Positions 1-12,609 are shown, counted from the first letter of the stretch. The stretch: DNA of 64,000 nucleotides from an uncultured Planctomycetaceae bacterium (GCA_963813715.1 CAWFAK010000005.1:32001-96000), one strand, 5' to 3'. Made by a program: numbers and translations. Notes: generated from the letters alone by a model not told the origin.

Positions 1-2
1 GC

Positions 3-848
3 GGCGGCTACATCGGCATGGAGTTCGGACAAATGTTCCGCCGGTTCGGCAGCCGTGTGACTGTCGTCCAGCGCGAGCAGCAAATTCTCCCCCACGAAGA
101 CGCCGACGTCGCGGAAGCCTTGCAACAGGCCCTGGAGAGCGAAGGTGTCCGTTTCGTCCTGGGCGCCACGACGACTCGCGTCGGGAAGGAGGACGGCTGC
201 GTTTCCCTGAAAGTGGTCGTGGGGGCAAACACAGAAACTTTGCGCGGGTCGCATCTCCTGGTCGCCACTGGACGCCGACCCAATACGGACGACCTGGGAT
301 TGCAAGCCGCCGGCGTGCTGACCAATCAACAGCAGTTCATCGTCGTCAATAACCGGCTGGAGACGAACGTGCCCGGTGTCTGGGCCCTCGGAGACGTGAA
401 GGGCGGACCGGCGTTTACCCATATCTCCTTCAACGATTACCAAATCGTGTACGCCAATCTGATCGAGGGTAAAGCCCTCACCACCGACAACCGCCCGGTT
501 CCATATGCCGTGTTCACCGATCCCCAGCTGGGCCGCGTCGGTCTGACCGAGGAGGCGGCGCGGGCCGCAGGGCGACGGATCAAGGTCGGCAAAGTGCCGA
601 TGGCCTGGGTCGCCCGCGCCATCGAGCGCGACGAGACGGCCGGGCTGATGAAGCTCGTGGTCGATGCTGATAACGATCAGATTCTCGGCGCGGCCATCCT
701 GGCTGCGGAGGGGGCTGAGGTGGTTCAGATCCTCCACGCCGTGATGCTGGCCGGGGCTCCCTATACGCTCCTGAAGGGAGCGGTCTACATCCATCCGACA
801 CTCGCCGAGGGACTCTGGACCTTGATGGAAGCAGTTACGCCGGATTGA
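3..848 (+). CDS. Pyridine nucleotide-disulfide oxidoreductase (mercuric-reductase-like/dihydrolipoamide dehydrogenase family), 5' partial
   Basis: Begins GGYIGMEF (NAD-binding motif); contains ATGRRPN, WALGDV, AVFTDPQLGRVG and C-terminal HPTLAE. Lacks the C-terminal Cys-Cys pair of MerA. Confidence 0.85.
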   Translation, partial: GGYIGMEFGQMFRRFGSRVTVVQREQQILPHEDADVAEALQQALESEGVRFVLGATTTRVGKEDGCVSLKVVVGANTETLRGSHLLVATGRRPNTDDLGLQAAGVLTNQQQFIVVNNRLETNVPGVWALGDVKGGPAFTHISFNDYQIVYANLIEGKALTTDNRPVPYAVFTDPQLGRVGLTEEAARAAGRRIKVGKVPMAWVARAIERDETAGLMKLVVDADNDQILGAAILAAEGAEVVQILHAVMLAGAPYTLLKGAVYIHPTLAEGLWTLMEAVTPD

Positions 849-934
849 CACGATTATTTCGCCGGCGGGAATCACCACGGAACTGACTTGGGACGTAACG
901 CGTTGAACGAACGGATCTGCGAAAGGAGCTCGGT

Positions 935-1955
935 ATGCAACTCGGCATGATCGGCCTGGGTCGGATGGGCGCCAACATGGTGCGACGTCTGCAGAAGGCA
1001 GGCCACAAGTGCGTGGTCTTCGACAGGTCGCCCCAAGTGGTGGAAGAACTGGTCAAGGAAAAGGCAACGGGTGCGGCCTCGCTGCAAGACCTCATGAAGA
1101 AGCTCGACAAGCCGCGGGCAGTCTGGTTGATGGTCCCCGCGGCGGCCGTGGACAGAACCATTGCTGACCTCGTGGCCTCTTTGGAGCCTGGCGACATCCT
1201 GATCGACGGTGGGAACTCCTACTACGTGGACGACATTCGCCGTGCGAAGGAGCTTGCCTCAAAGCAGATCCATTACGTGGACGTGGGCACCAGCGGCGGT
1301 GTCTTTGGCCTGGAGCGCGGCTATTGCATGATGATCGGCGGTCCGGACCAGGCGGTCCGGCACCTCGACCCGGTCTTCAAAACTCTGGCACCCGGCGTGG
1401 GCGAAATTCCGCGCGACGCCGGGGCGCGAGAAGATGGGTGGCACCGCGGAGCAAGGTTACCTGCACTGCGGGCCATCCGGTGCCGGCCACTTCGTCAAGA
1501 TGGTGCACAACGGCATCGAGTACGGCATTATGGCCGCCTATGCCGAGGGATTGGGCGTCCTCCGCGACAGCAATATCGGCAAGCACGCAGACGAGATCGA
1601 TGCCGAAACGACGCCCCTGCGCGACCCCGAGCACTACCAGTACGACCTCAATCTGCGAGACATCAGCGAGGTCTGGCGGCGGGGCAGCGTGATCTCCTCG
1701 TGGCTGCTCGACTTGACCGCAGCCGCCTTCGCCAAAGATGCGACGCTCTCAGATTTCGCGGGCCGGGTCTCGGACTCGGGGGAGGGGCGATGGACGATCA
1801 AGGCCGCCATTGACGAAGGGGTGCCTGTGCCTGTCCTCACCACGGCGCTCTACGAGCGATTCACGTCCCGCGGCGAAGCGGATTTCCAGGACAAACTACT
1901 GTCGGCCATGCGTTTCCAGTTCGGCGGACACTTGGAGAAGGTCGCCGGCAAGTGA
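935..1955 (+). CDS. gnd: 6-phosphogluconate dehydrogenase, decarboxylating (short YqeC type); one frameshift near 1415
   Basis: [18 protein letters not shown] and DVGTSGG in ORF 935; [21 protein letters not shown] and MRFQFGGH in ORF 1434..1955. Confidence 0.93.
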
Positions 1956-1976
1956 CGGCGCAAAGGAGAGATCGCA

Positions 1977-3354
1977 ATGAACGAATCCCACTCTGACGCC
2001 CTGGTCTTTTTCGGGGCCAGCGGCGACCTCGCTTACAAAAAGATCTTCCCATCGCTTCAGGCGATGGTGAAGCGCGGCCACCTTGGCGTCCCGGTCATCG
2101 GTGTGGCCAAGATCCGGTTGGACAATCGACCAGCTCCGGCGCGGGCGCGGGAGAGCCTGGAGAAACACGGCGGAGTCGATCCGATCGCTTTCGACAAGTT
2201 ATGCGGATTACTGCGATATGTGGGCGGCGACTATGAAGACCCCGCGACCTTTCAGTCGATCCGCAAGGAACTCGGTTCCGCTCAGCGGCCGGCGCACTAC
2301 CTCGCCATCCCGCCGACGCTGTTCGGGTTGGTCGTGGAGCAGCTCGCCAAGTCGGACTGTATCCGGGGCGGTCGCGTCATCATCGAAAAACCTTTCGGTC
2401 ACGATCTCGTCTCGGCGCAGGAACTCAATCGGATCCTGCTGGCAACTTTTGACGAGAAGTCGATCTTCCGCATCGACCATTACCTGGGGAAACGGCCGGT
2501 GCATAACCTGACCTTCTTCCGCTTCGTGAACTCGCTCTTGGAGGCATTCTGGAATCGCAACTATGTCGAGAGCGTCCAGATCACGATGGCAGAAGACTTC
2601 GGGGTCCAGGGCCGAGGCGCCTTCTACGACGAAGTGGGCACGATCCGGGACGTCGTCCAGAACCATCTGTTCCAGGTGCTGGCAAACCTGGCGATGGAAC
2701 CTCCGGTCCGCACGGACAGCGAAACGATGCGGGATGAAAAGGTCAAGGTCCTGAAGGCCATCCCGCCGCTCGATGCGGGGAATCTTGTCCGCGGGCAGTT
2801 CCGTGGCTACCGCAACGAGAAAGGCGTGGCGCCGAATTCGCAGGTCGAAACCTATGTCGCGCTGCGGCTGGATGTCAATTCCTATCGCTGGCAAGGGGTC
2901 CCGTTCTATATCCGGGCGGGGAAATTTCTGCCTGTCACCTGCAGCGAGGTGGTGGTCCGCATGCGCCGGCCTCCGAGTGTCTTTCCCACGTCCTCCCAGT
3001 CGCCAAACTATTTCCGCTTCCGCATCAGCCCTGAAGTGACCTCCGCGTTCGGCCTAACAGTGATGGACCCGGAAGAGAAGATGATCGGTCAATCGGTGGA
3101 ACTGGTGGCAAGCCACCGCCCTGATGCAGGCGAGATGGATGCCTACGAGCGAGTGCTCGGAGACGCCATGGAAGGAGACGCCACCCTGTTTGCCCGCGAG
3201 GACTACGTCGAAGAGGCCTGGCGAATCGTCGATCCGGTGCTGAAGGCCGGGAGCCCGATCTTCGAGTACGAGCCAAAGACCTGGGGACCAAGTGAAGTCG
3301 ATAAGCAAGGTCGCGCCTCCCGGCGGCTGGCACAACCCCATCATGGCAGGCTGA
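1977..3354 (+). CDS. zwf: Glucose-6-phosphate 1-dehydrogenase; small indels near 2110-2140 and 3305
   Basis: GASGDLA, EKPFG and RIDHYLGK motifs, DVVQNH, WQGVPF. The true C-terminus [14 protein letters not shown] lies in a shifted frame ending at 3354. Confidence 0.95.
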
Positions 3355-3374
3355 TCGGGACTGGAGACCCTTCG

Positions 3375-3480
3375 ATGAAGATCGAAGTCCTCGCCGATGC
3401 GGTGCCCCACTAAGCGGCAGCGATCATCCGCCACTCAAGCTCGAGATGCGGTGATCGCGCGCGGGCGGTTCACCATAAAG
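3375..3480 (+). pseudogene. pgl: Remnant of 6-phosphogluconolactonase N-terminus
   Basis: GGAGA RBS, then [17 protein letters not shown].. and, in another frame, ARDAVIARGRFT, matching Pgl N-termini. It has an in-frame stop and is truncated before ndh. Confidence 0.6.
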
Positions 3481-3501
3481 GCCCATACGAAGGATTAGGG
3501 C

Positions 3502-4818
3502 GTGACAGAGCGAGCACCCAATGTCGTGATCGTCGGCGGGGGTTTTGGCGGCCTGGCGGCCGCGAGAGCTCTCCGGAAAACGCCGGCGCGGATCACGTTA
3601 ATTGATCGCGAGAATCACCATCTGTTTCAGCCGCTGCTCTACCAGGTGGCCACCTGTGTCCTGACCCCGGAGCAGATCGGTTCACCGATCCGCGGGATTC
3701 TGCGTAAGCAACGGAACACAACGGTGATCCTGGGAAACGTCACAGGCGTGGACAAGGAGCGACAGTGTGTATTCGCCGACACGGCGGACAGAGAAAAAGT
3801 GCCGTTTCAGTATGACTATTTGATCGTGGCGACGGGCGCGACCCACAATTATTTCGGGCACAACGAATTTGAGACGTTCGCGCCCGGCTTGAAGACCCTG
3901 GCGGACGCCGTCGCAGTCCGGAACAAGATTCTCCAGGCGTTCGAGCAGGCTGAGGCCGAAGAAGACCCCAGCCGTCACCGGGACCTGCTGACGTTCGTTT
4001 TGGTCGGGGCCGGCCCCACCGGCGTGGAGATGGCCGCCGCGATCGCCGTGCTGGTGCGCACGACGCTGCAATCGGAGTTCCGGCGAATTGATCTGGCGTC
4101 AGCACGTATTGTGCTCGTCGATATGGCAAACAGGGTGCTGCCCCCATTTTCGACATCTCTTTCCGCGGCCGCGAAGAAGCGGTTGGAGAAGCTCGGAGTG
4201 GAAGTACGCCTGGGGCAGGGGGTGGATCAGATCGACCGAGATGGCGCCGTCGTGGCCGGCGAGCGCATTGCATCCAAGACGGTGATCTGGACTGCGGGTG
4301 TGACTGCCTCGCCAGCAGGCAAATGGCTGAACGTGGAAACCGATCGCGCCGGACGGGTACGAGTTCAGAGGGACCTCACGGTGCCGGGGTACCCGGAGAT
4401 CTTCGTGGTCGGCGATACCGGGTCGCTCGATCAGGACGGGAGGCCGCTGCCGGGCGTGGCCCAAGTTGCCATGCAGCAAGGGCGATATGCGGGAAAGCTG
4501 ATTCATCGGCGAGTGACCGGCAAACCCCCGGCCGGCCCGTTTCGTTACTTTGACAAAGGGAGCATGGCCGTAGTCGGAAAGGGCTTTGCCGTATTGCAAA
4601 GCCACAAGATCCGCACGAGCGGATTTCTGGCATGGCTGGCATGGGCAGCCGTGCACCTCGATTTCCTGGCGCAATCCAATCTTCGGTTGAGTGTCTTCCT
4701 GCAATGGGTTTGGACTGGCGTAACTGGGCAGCGAGGTTCGCGGCTGGTTGTGAACGATCCACTGGCTCTGGAGAGCCATCCGGAGCTGCCGATCTGTCGA
4801 GAATCAGCTTCTGAATGA
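3502..4818 (+). CDS. ndh: Type II NADH dehydrogenase (NAD(P)/FAD-dependent oxidoreductase)
   Basis: GGGFGG, HLFQPLLYQVAT, VGAGPTGVE, WTAGV, AQVAMQQG, FRYFDKGSMA; intact ORF. Confidence 0.9.
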   Translation: MTERAPNVVIVGGGFGGLAAARALRKTPARITLIDRENHHLFQPLLYQVATCVLTPEQIGSPIRGILRKQRNTTVILGNVTGVDKERQCVFADTADREKVPFQYDYLIVATGATHNYFGHNEFETFAPGLKTLADAVAVRNKILQAFEQAEAEEDPSRHRDLLTFVLVGAGPTGVEMAAAIAVLVRTTLQSEFRRIDLASARIVLVDMANRVLPPFSTSLSAAAKKRLEKLGVEVRLGQGVDQIDRDGAVVAGERIASKTVIWTAGVTASPAGKWLNVETDRAGRVRVQRDLTVPGYPEIFVVGDTGSLDQDGRPLPGVAQVAMQQGRYAGKLIHRRVTGKPPAGPFRYFDKGSMAVVGKGFAVLQSHKIRTSGFLAWLAWAAVHLDFLAQSNLRLSVFLQWVWTGVTGQRGSRLVVNDPLALESHPELPICRESASE

Positions 4819-4965
4819 CGACAATCACATGGAAATCGAGTGAGTCCCACAATCATCGTCTCGGCCAACCGAGTCCCGTGCTTTGGATAGATCGTCTTCA
4901 ATACCCCTGATCCGGCGGTGAGAACTCACGCGAGGACGTGTGACCTGATGAGAAAGGTTACCTCG

Positions 4966-7483
4966 ATGGACACAACGAAGATGGCAGCGTCTCCGAAGTC
5001 AACTGGAACCCGCGACACAGCGAGCCTCCTCCGCCAATACGGATGCGGCCCATTTGAATTTTCGGGAAACGTCAACGCGCTCTACGACCGACACCTCGCC
5101 TTCGACAATGTCGTCAAGTTGACCGAGTCCCGCCCGCGCGAGCGATTTGAGGCCTTCGCCCGCTCCGTACGGGACATCCTTTCGCAGCGATGGGTGCAAA
5201 CCGAGGAGACGTACGAGCAAGAGAACCCGAAGCGCGTCTACTACCTCTCGATGGAGTTTCTCATCGGCCGCTCCCTGGCGAACAATGTCACGAACCTCTT
5301 TCTGGATCAACTCGCAACGCAAGCTGCCAAGCAGAAGAACATCGATTGGCTCAACCTGCTCGAACAGGAACCCGACGCGGGCCTGGGTAACGGGGGGCTC
5401 GGGCGTCTGGCGGCTTGCTTCCTCGACTCGATGGCCACGATGCAGCTCCCGGCCATGGGCTACGGCCTGCGTTATGAGTACGGCATGTTCCGGCAAACCA
5501 TCCAGGACGGTTGGCAGCAGGAACAGCCGGACAATTGGCTTCGCCGCCCCGACCCCTGGGAAGTCGCTCGGCCGCAAGAGCCTGTGGAAGTCAAGCTGAA
5601 CTGCTCGTTCGAGGTACGTGGAGGGACTCTGCGCGCAGTCGCTGGCAAGCCGTCCAGCTCTGATCGGCATTCCCTTTGATCGGCCGGTCGTCGGTTACGG
5701 CGGCAAAACCATCAATACGCTGCGGCTCTGGGCCGCGGCGGCGCCGGATTACTTCGACTTTCAGCGATTCAGCGGCGGCGATTTCGTCGGTGCGTTGGCC
5801 GAAACGCTCGATGCCGAATCCCTCACCCGCGTGCTGTATCCGGACGACTCCACGACTCAGGGGCAGGGATTGCGCTTCGTCCAGGAATATTTTCTGGTCG
5901 CCTGCTCCCTGGCTGATCTCGTGCGTCGCTTCCGGCGAGGCAACTCCGACTGGAACCTGCTTCCAGAAAAGGTCGCGATCCAGCTCAACGATACGCACCC
6001 CAGCACTGGCGGTGCCCGAGCTGATGCGGATCCTGCTGGACGAAGCGCATCTGGGCTGGGACCAGGCCTGGGATCTCACGCAAAGAACGCTCGCGTACAC
6101 GAACCACACACTCTTACCGGAAGCTCTGGAGAAATGGCCCGTCGCGTGGTTCGAGATCTTGCTGCCGCGGCATCTGGAGATCATCTACGAAATCAATCGC
6201 CGCCTGCTCGACGCGGTTCGGACCCGTTTTCCCGGGGACGAGGGCCGCGTCGCGCGTGTGAGCCTGATCGAGGAAGGCCCGACCAAGCACGTCCGCATGG
6301 CGAACCTGGCCATCGTCGGCTCGCACAGCACCAACGGCGTGGCCGCGATTCACACCCGGCTGCTGCGCACGACGACCGTCAAGGATCTGGCGGAGATGTT
6401 TCCCGAACGCTTCAGCAACAAGACCAACGGCGTTACGCCGCGGCGCTGGCTGTTGCTTGGCAAATCCGGTGCTGGCCCGCACGATCACCGAAGCCATCGG
6501 CGACAAATGGATGACGGATCTCGATCAATTGAGCAAACTGAAACCGCTTGCCGACGACAAGGATCTTCGCAATGCATTCCCTAAGGCCAAGCGCGAGGCC
6601 AAAGCGCGGTTCGCCGATTGGCTCAAGACAACGTCCGGCCAGATCGTAGACCCGGACAGATCTTCGACTGCCAGATCAAGCGCATCCATGAATACAAACG
6701 GCAACTGCTCAATGTGCTGCGGATCGTGGTGCTCTACAACCGACTGCGGGCGAACCCGGATCTCGAAGATGGCTCCGCGGACGTTCTTCTTCGCGGGCAA
6801 GGCGGCGCCCGCCTACCATCTCGCCAAGGTCATTATCAAGTTCATCAATAACCTGGCCGACACGGATCGACAGCGACCCCGTGACGAAGGGCAAAATCAA
6901 AGTCCTGTTCCTGCCCGAATATAACGTCAGTCTCGCCGAGCGGCTAATTCCTGCCAGCGACGTCTCCAATCAGATCTCGACGGCCGGTTACGAGGCCAGC
7001 GGCACGAGCAACATGAAGTTCATGATGAACGGGGCCCTGACGCTCGGCACGCGCGATGGTGCAACCATCGAAATGGCGGAGGAGGCCGGCGAGGACAACT
7101 TCTTTCTGTTCGGCCTGACGGCAGAACAGGTCGCGAGCAGCCGGGGCTGGTACAACCCCCGCTGGCACTACGAGCACGAATCGGAAACCCGCGCGGCGCT
7201 GGACCTGATTTTCTCCGACCATTTCAGCCGCCAATGAGCCAGGTGTCTTCGCTCCGCTGTACGAGACGCTCTGCTGACGAGCGGCGACTACTACATGCAC
7301 CTGGCCGACCTGAAGTCTTACCTGGAGGCCGATCAGCGGCTGGTCGAGCTCTATGCCGAGCCGGACGCCTGGGCCCGAAAGGCGATCCTGAATGTGGCCG
7401 GCTCGGGAAAATTCTCCAGCGACCGCACCATCGCCGAGTACGCGGCCGGCATTTGGAACGTGGAGCCATGTCCAATTCCCTAA
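4966..7483 (+). CDS. glgP: Glycogen/starch/alpha-glucan phosphorylase; multiple frameshifts
   Basis: [64 protein letters not shown] (PLP Lys) and KFSSDRTI, spread over consecutive frames. Confidence 0.93.
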
Positions 7484-7600
7484 ATCCGAGGTCAATGGCC
7501 AGTCGTAAACGGCATTAAACCGGATGGCTGATCGTGAAGGGCGATGTCGAGCCTCCGGGTAACTTGCGAGGTCTTTGCCTTCAACTTTGGGTGTCGACTC

Positions 7601-8196
7601 ATGAACGGGACACTTCCGGTCGTTTATCTGGCGAGGCACGGCGAAACCGCTTGGAGCCTGACGGGCCAGCATACGGGACTAACCGATCTGCCGCTGACGG
7701 AACGAGGAGAGCGCAACGCTCGCAGTCTGGGCGAACGACTCAAGGGGCTGACGTTCTCGATGGTCGCCACGAGCCCCCTGAACGCGCGGCCCGGACCTGC
7801 GAATTGTCGGGGTTCAAAGCCAAGGCCGAGATCGATCGCGATCTTCTCGAATGGGACTACGGCCAATATGAGGGCCGCCAAACTGTGGAGATCCATGCCG
7901 CGCGGCCCGATTGGCAACTTTTCCGCGACGGCTGCCCCGGAGGAGAATCGCCGGATCAGGTCGGTGTGCGAGCCGACCGCGTTGTGAGTCGAGTGCGCGC
8001 GATCCAGGGGGACGTGCTGCTGTTTTCCAGTGGGCATTTTTTGCGCGTGCTCGCCGCCCGATGGCTCGGTCTGGAAGCCGAGGCCGGAAAGTATTTCTTG
8101 CTGAGCACGGCAAGCCTAAGTGCGCTCGGTTACGAACATAACCGTTCTCAACCCGTGGTTCGATTGTGGGACGATACCCGTCATGTAGAGCTGTGA
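7601..8196 (+). CDS. Histidine phosphatase family protein (phosphoglycerate-mutase-like, SHB17-like); frameshift near 7780
   Basis: [47 protein letters not shown]. Confidence 0.85.
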
Positions 8197-8258
8197 CCAT
8201 TGCCGAGTATGCGACCGAGACGGTCGTGCTCGGCGTGGCAACTCAGAAAGGATAAATC

Positions 8259-9941
8259 GTGGCGATCTCCCCCCTCGCCGGTAAACCGGCGCCGAAGGAG
8301 TTGCTCGTCGATGTGACGCGGCTTGAACAAGAGTATTTCAAGCGCCGCCCTGAGATGAGTGATCCCAATCAGCGGGTCAGCTTCGGCACTAGCGGCCACC
8401 GCGGAACCCCGCTACGAGGCACTTTCACCGAGGCCCACATCCTGGCCATCACCCAGGCGATCTGCGACTACCGGCGCAGCCAGGGTGCGGACGGTCCTCT
8501 CTTCATGGGTAAGGACACTCATGCATTGTCCGGTCCGGCTCAGCGCACCGCGCTCGAGGTCTTGGCGGGCAACGGAGTGGAGACCATCATCCAGCGGGAC
8601 GACGGCGTCACTCCGACTCCGGTCATTTCTCGGGCCATCCTCGTCTACAACACCAAGCGCAGCGAACACTTCGCGGATGGCATCGTCATCACGCCGTCGC
8701 ACAACCCTCCGGAAGATGGTGGCTTTAAGTACAACCCAACCAACGGCGGACCGGCCGACACCGAAGTGACAAAGTGGGTCGCAGGACCGGGCGAACGAGT
8801 TGCTGCGGAACAGCAATGCAGCGGTGAAGCGAGTCCCTTTCGAAAGAGCGATCAAGGCACCGACCACGCATCACGAAGATTTGGCCCTCCCCTATGTCAA
8901 CGATCTGCGCAACGTCGTCGACATGGACGCCATTCGCAGTGCCGGTCTCGTGCTCGGCGTCGATCCACTTGGCGGTGCGGCGGTGCACTACTGGGAGCCG
9001 ATCAACGAAGTCTACGGCCTAAACATTCATGTGGTGAACCCTCAGGTGGATCCGACTTTCAAGTTCATGACGGTCGACCACGACGGCAAGATCCGCATGG
9101 ACTGCTCCAGCCCCTACGCGATGGCCCGGCTCGTTGCCCTCAAGGATCAATACCGCGTCGCTTTCGGCAACGACCCCGACTCGGACCGCCACGGCATTGT
9201 CACGCCGACCGCGGGGTTGATGAACCCCAACCATTACCTGGCCGTCGCCATCCAGTACTTGCTCACGCATCGCCCGCATTGGGCGAAGCAAGCCGCGGTC
9301 GGCAAGACGCTGGTCAGCAGCAGCATGATCGACCGGGTGGTGCAGAAGCTCGGCCGGCGGCTGAATGAGGTGCCGGTCGGTTTCAAGTGGTTCACGCCGG
9401 GCCTCTTCGACGGCTCGTGCTGCTTCGGCGGCGAGGAGAGTGCCGGGGCGAGCTTTCTGCGGCACGACGGCAACGTGTGGACGACCGACAAGGACGGTCC
9501 CATCATGGACTTGCTGGCGGCCGAGATCACTGCCCAGACGGGCAAAGACCCTGGCGAACACTATCGGGAACTGACGAGCGGAATTCGGCACACCGTACTA
9601 CACGCGGATTGACTGCGCCAGCGACACCGGAACAAAAGGCGCTGCTTCAGCGACTCACGCCGGAGGCCGTCGAGGAGTCGGAGCTGGCCGGCGAACCGAT
9701 AACGGCCACGCTGACTCGCGCCCCGGGCAACAACGCTCCGATCGGCGGCCTGAAAGTCGTGGCCGCCAACGGCTGGTTCGCCGCCCGGCCCTCCGGCACG
9801 GAAAACATTTACAAGATCTATGCGGAAAGCTTCAAAGATCAGGACCACCTCGACGCGATCGTGAGCGAGGCGCAGGAGATCGTGAGCAAGGCCCTGAACT
9901 CTTCCGAACCAGTTTCCCGGCAGACGGCAGGACGGCCATGA
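8259..9941 (+). CDS. pgm: Phosphoglucomutase (alpha-D-glucose-1,6-bisphosphate dependent); frameshifts near 8780 and 9580-9615
   Basis: [15 protein letters not shown] (phospho-Ser), DPDSDR, GEESAG, RPSGTE. Confidence 0.93.
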
Positions 9942-11527
9942 GCGACAACGGCCAGACGACGAGCTTATCCCCTTCCCGCCGGGATACCGCGCGTCCGGCG
10001 TGCTGCTGCATGTCACGTCGCTCCCCTCGCCATACGGTATTGGCGACCTGGGCCCGACCGCGCTCGCGTGGGTCGACCGTCTCTATGAGGCGGGCCAATC
10101 CTGGTGGCAAGCGTTGCCGCTGGGACCCACGGGGTACGGCAACTCCCCCTATCAATCCTTGTCCTCGTTCGCGGGAAATTGGCTCCTCATCAGTCCGGAG
10201 AGCCTGATGGCGGACGGTCTGTTGCGGGCGAGCGACGTCGCGGGCCAGTCCTTCTCGGAAACGGCTGTCGATTACGACGCGGTCATCTCGTTCAAACGTC
10301 GGTTGCTGGAAACGGCCTGGACCAACTTCAACGCCGGGGCCGGACGTGACCTTAAGCTCGCCTTCGAGCAATTCCGTAATGACCAGGCGCACTGGCTCGA
10401 CGATTACGCCTTGTTCCGGGCATCTGAAATCCAAATATCGCAGCGAGTCTTATCTCGAGTGGCCGGCCGAGCTGGTCCGGCGGAGCCCGGCCGCCCTGGC
10501 CGAGGCCCGGCGAGACCTGTCGAGCCAAATCGAACAGGCTTGCCTGGCGCAGTTCCTCTTGTTTCGCCAGGGGGAGCGCCTGAAGGAACATGCCCACGCC
10601 AAGGGAGTGACGCTTAATCGGCGACCTTCCCTTTTTCGTTTCTCCCGACTCGAGCGACGTGTGGGCCAACCCGGAGCTGTTCCTGCTGGACGAACAGCGC
10701 CGGCCGCGATTCGTCGGCGGGCGTCCCTCCCGATTACTTCAGCTCGCAAGGCCAGCTCTGGGGCAATCCCGTCTATGACTGGGAGGCGCATCGTCGGACC
10801 GGCTATCGATGGTGCATCGACCGCCTGCGTGCGTTGCTGGCTCACGTCGACCTGATTCGCCTGGACCATTTTCGTGGGTTCGCTGCCGCCTGGCACATAC
10901 CCGCCGGAGCGCCGACGGCCCAGTCGGGCCAATGGGTTCCCGGCCCGGGCGCCGAGTTCTTCAGCGCGGTCCAGAAAGAGCTCGGCGCTCTGCCGTTCAT
11001 CGCGGAGGACCTGGGGTTCATCACGCCGGACGTGTATGCACTCCGCGACCAGTTTCACGTGCCCGGGACACGAGTCCTCCAGTTCGCCTTCGACGGCAGT
11101 CCCGACAACCCGTATCTCCCTCACAACTACGTTCCCAATACGGTCGTGTACACCGGGACCCACGACAACAACACCACGCGCGGCTGGTTCGACGAGTTGC
11201 CCGATAACCAGCGGCAAAACCTGTGGAATTACCTCAAGCAACCCACGGGCGCGAGTGGCGAGGCCGCAGCGGCGTTGTTGCAACTGGCGTGGTCGTCCGT
11301 GGCGGCGCTCGCGCTGGCTCCTCTCCAGGATCTGCTCAACCTCGGGGCCGAGGCCCGGATGAACGTCCCGGGCCGCGTCGACGGGAACTGGCGTTGGCGC
11401 TGCACCGAGGACATGCTGTCCGCCTCCTCTTTTGAATGGTTGCGCGACTTGACGAAAAGCTCCGAACCGTTCGCCCGTCCACCAATCAAATCAGTTCTCT
11501 CTAGAAACGAGAGAGACGACAAAATGA
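9938..11527 (+). CDS. malQ: 4-alpha-glucanotransferase (GH77); several frameshifts
   Basis: [62 protein letters not shown]. Removing one base near 11465 gives a stop at 11525-11527 overlapping the tal ATG. Confidence 0.9.
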
Positions 11528-12609
11528 AAGCGACTCAAAAGCTCCATGATCTCGGCCAGAGTCTGTGGCTCGACAACATTACGCGTGACCTGCTCACCAG
11601 CGGAACGCTCCAACGCTACATCGATGAGCTTTCGGTGACGGGGCTGACCTCGAATCCGACGATCTTCGACCATGCCATCAAGAACAGCACCGCCTACGAC
11701 GGTGCGATTCGCAAGAAGCTCCGGGAAGGCAAGTCGGGGGAACAACTCTTCTTCGACCTGGCGCTCGAGGACATTACTCAGGCCGCCGATCTGTTTCGAC
11801 CGGTTTGGGAGAAGACAAACGGAGTGGACGGCTGGGTGTCGCTGGAAGTGTCACCCCTTCTGGCCCACGACACGGCCAGCACTCTGGCGGCGGCCAAGGA
11901 ACTGCATGCCCGCGCGGCGCGACCCAACGTCTTCATCAAGATCCCCGGCACCAAAGAAGGTGTTCCGGCCATTGAAGAAGCGATCTTTGCCGGGATCCCG
12001 ATGAACGTGACGCTCCTCTTCTCGCGGGAGCACTACGTAGCGGCTGCCGAGGCGTTCCTGCGCGGCATCGAGCGACGGATTGACGCGGGACTCAAGCCCG
12101 ACGTCGGTTCCGTAGCGTCAGTGTTCATCAGCCGCTGGGATGGCGCGGTCATGGGCAAGGTCCCTGAATCGCTGAACGACCGGTTGGGGATCGCCGTCGC
12201 CCAGCGCACCTACAAGGCCTACCGACATTTGCTCGACTCGCCGCGCTGGCAGCGTGCCTACAACGCCGGCGCGCGGCCGCAACGCCTGCTCTGGGCCAGC
12301 ACGGGAACCAAGGATCCCAAGGCCTCGGACGTCCTGTACATCAAGGCCCTTGCCGCCGCGTTCACGGTGAACACCATGCCGGAGGGGACGTTGAAAGCTC
12401 TGGCCGACCACGGTGAGATCGGCCAAATGCTTCCGTCAGATGGCGGCAACTGTGAGGCCACCTTGGCGGAGTTCGCCAAGTCCGGAATCGACGTCGGCGC
12501 CCTGGCCGCCCAGCTCCAGGACGAGGGAGCAAAATCGTTCGTGAAGTCGTGGAACGAACTGCTGGCGGTGATTGCGGCCAAGACCGCCTCACTCGCGAAG
12601 GCCGGTTAA
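11524..12609 (+). CDS. tal: Transaldolase
   Basis: [41 protein letters not shown] (Schiff-base Lys), NVTLLFS, WASTGTK. Confidence 0.95.
   Translation: MKATQKLHDLGQSLWLDNITRDLLTSGTLQRYIDELSVTGLTSNPTIFDHAIKNSTAYDGAIRKKLREGKSGEQLFFDLALEDITQAADLFRPVWEKTNGVDGWVSLEVSPLLAHDTASTLAAAKELHARAARPNVFIKIPGTKEGVPAIEEAIFAGIPMNVTLLFSREHYVAAAEAFLRGIERRIDAGLKPDVGSVASVFISRWDGAVMGKVPESLNDRLGIAVAQRTYKAYRHLLDSPRWQRAYNAGARPQRLLWASTGTKDPKASDVLYIKALAAAFTVNTMPEGTLKALADHGEIGQMLPSDGGNCEATLAEFAKSGIDVGALAAQLQDEGAKSFVKSWNELLAVIAAKTASLAKAG

Noticed and set aside
3..848. Mercuric reductase MerA / mercury resistance
   Set aside because: No C-terminal Cys-Cys pair and no mer genes in the window.
10834..12609. Apparent MalQ-transaldolase fusion ORF
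   Set aside because: Removing one base near 11465 ends malQ at a TGA overlapping the tal ATG (ATGA), so this is an indel artefact.
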